DNA of 61,495 nucleotides, counting the filler, from Sphacelaria rigidula (taxonomy: Eukaryota): NCBI GenBank assembly GCA_964200075.2. It is 7 parts of 7 records of this genome, joined end to end, with 100 filler letters (N's around TTAATTAATTAA, not from the genome) between each part and the next. Parts side by side here need not be neighbours in the genome. Positions count along the whole stretch, not along the records: positions 52,798 to 61,495 come from CAXNAA020010342.1; 6 more parts are not named here. One strand, 5' to 3'. This document shows positions 60,734-61,495 of the stretch, in pieces; position 1 is the stretch's first letter; each line of letters begins with the position of its first letter. The notes under the pieces are model-generated. The model was given only the letters and a program-made list of their open reading frames with translations. It did not search any database and was not told the origin of the DNA. A program made the position numbers and the translations under genes.

Positions 60734-60908
60734 GCTGGAAGAATATTTGCAGCGGCTTTGCGGTCTCCTGTACATGGCTCCGCTACACCCGTCGTCGGCG
60801 CACGTGGCGCACCTGCTGCAAGACTTCCTCGGCACAACGTCACGCGTTGAAACTTTGGCCCGGCTTCAAAGAACCCGACCCGAGCGAGAGCTGCGGCAGG
60901 CGCTTCAG
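60734..60908 (+). CDS. CUE-like/PDZ/PX protein, exon with PX C-terminal part
   Basis: RLEEYLQRLCGLL...LLQDFLG matches the PX C-terminal helices; phase 2 in, phase 0 out. Confidence 0.85.
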
Positions 60909-61212
60909 GTGATTCTGTGCGCTATGTTAGCAAGTTGCAGGCTGATGCTGTGAGTACATAATTCAGGGCAAGACGAGTTATGACATGTTCTTGATGTGGA
61001 AATATGTGCCTGTCCACATTTCGCAGCGTAAGGGATGTGGTCTGTCTTCTGCGTTCAGCGATGTTCGTTCATATCGCACAGTGCATGATGTGTGACAAGC
61101 ATGTTATCCAATGGTGTATGATGGTTCATGGTTCATCACGCGATACGCAATGATTGACCTCGTGTTGATTCACTCCGCTGGTCGCTCGCTGTCTCACCCG
61201 TTCCTCTTTAAG

Positions 61213-61410
61213 GTTCGCGCGTGGCAAGTACTGCGTCTACCGCCGCTGGAGCGCGCGGTAGCCAAGTTTGTCAAGGAGGTCATGGACGGACCAGTTGCTC
61301 AGAGCACGAAGACGATCTCGGTGGATACTATCCTGCAAAAGCTTACAGATATCATAGAGCGTCTGCAGTACGTGGTGATGGAGGGCTGTTTTGACGAGCT
61401 TCGCGAACTG
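61213..61410 (+). CDS. CUE-like/PDZ/PX protein, further exon; gene probably continues past the contig end
   Basis: ctctttaag/ acceptor in phase 0; helical VRAWQVLRLPPLERAVAKFVKEV...; probable donor CTG/GTGCGT at 61411. Confidence 0.75.
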
Positions 61411-61495
61411 GTGCGTGAACGCCCCCCCCCCCCCTCCCTTCACCTCTAGACTCTTGGGTTGGCGTCGAGTGGCAACGGCGCTGTAAAACAAGCCA

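Overview
Eukaryotic, repeat-rich nuclear DNA, most likely a brown alga or related stramenopile (inferred from ~1-kb GT-AG introns and Ectocarpus-like repeats; not confirmed by search). The window is not one locus. It is seven contigs of 8701, 8700, 8699, 8699, 8699, 8699 and 8698 bp joined by identical 100-bp N/TTAATTAATTAA spacers, i.e. a size-sorted concatenation, so adjacency across spacers carries no information. Supportable host genes are 40S ribosomal protein uS5/RPS2 (5 phase-compatible exons, minus strand, 3' end cut by the contig edge) and a partial multi-exon CUE-like/PDZ/PX-domain gene. A phase-consistent multi-exon orphan gene lies at 14743-16983. The rest is mobile DNA and relics: an internally deleted Ty3/Gypsy element, a hAT transposase, an RTE-type LINE, a tRNA-derived SINE with a target-site duplication, hAT/Harbinger/TA-type/piggyBac-type MITEs (some nested), foldback repeats, and decayed RCC1-like and SF2-helicase-like pseudogenes. 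I found no convincing new biological system; the best leads are the orphan gene, the CUE-PDZ-PX architecture and the short-intron helicase relic.
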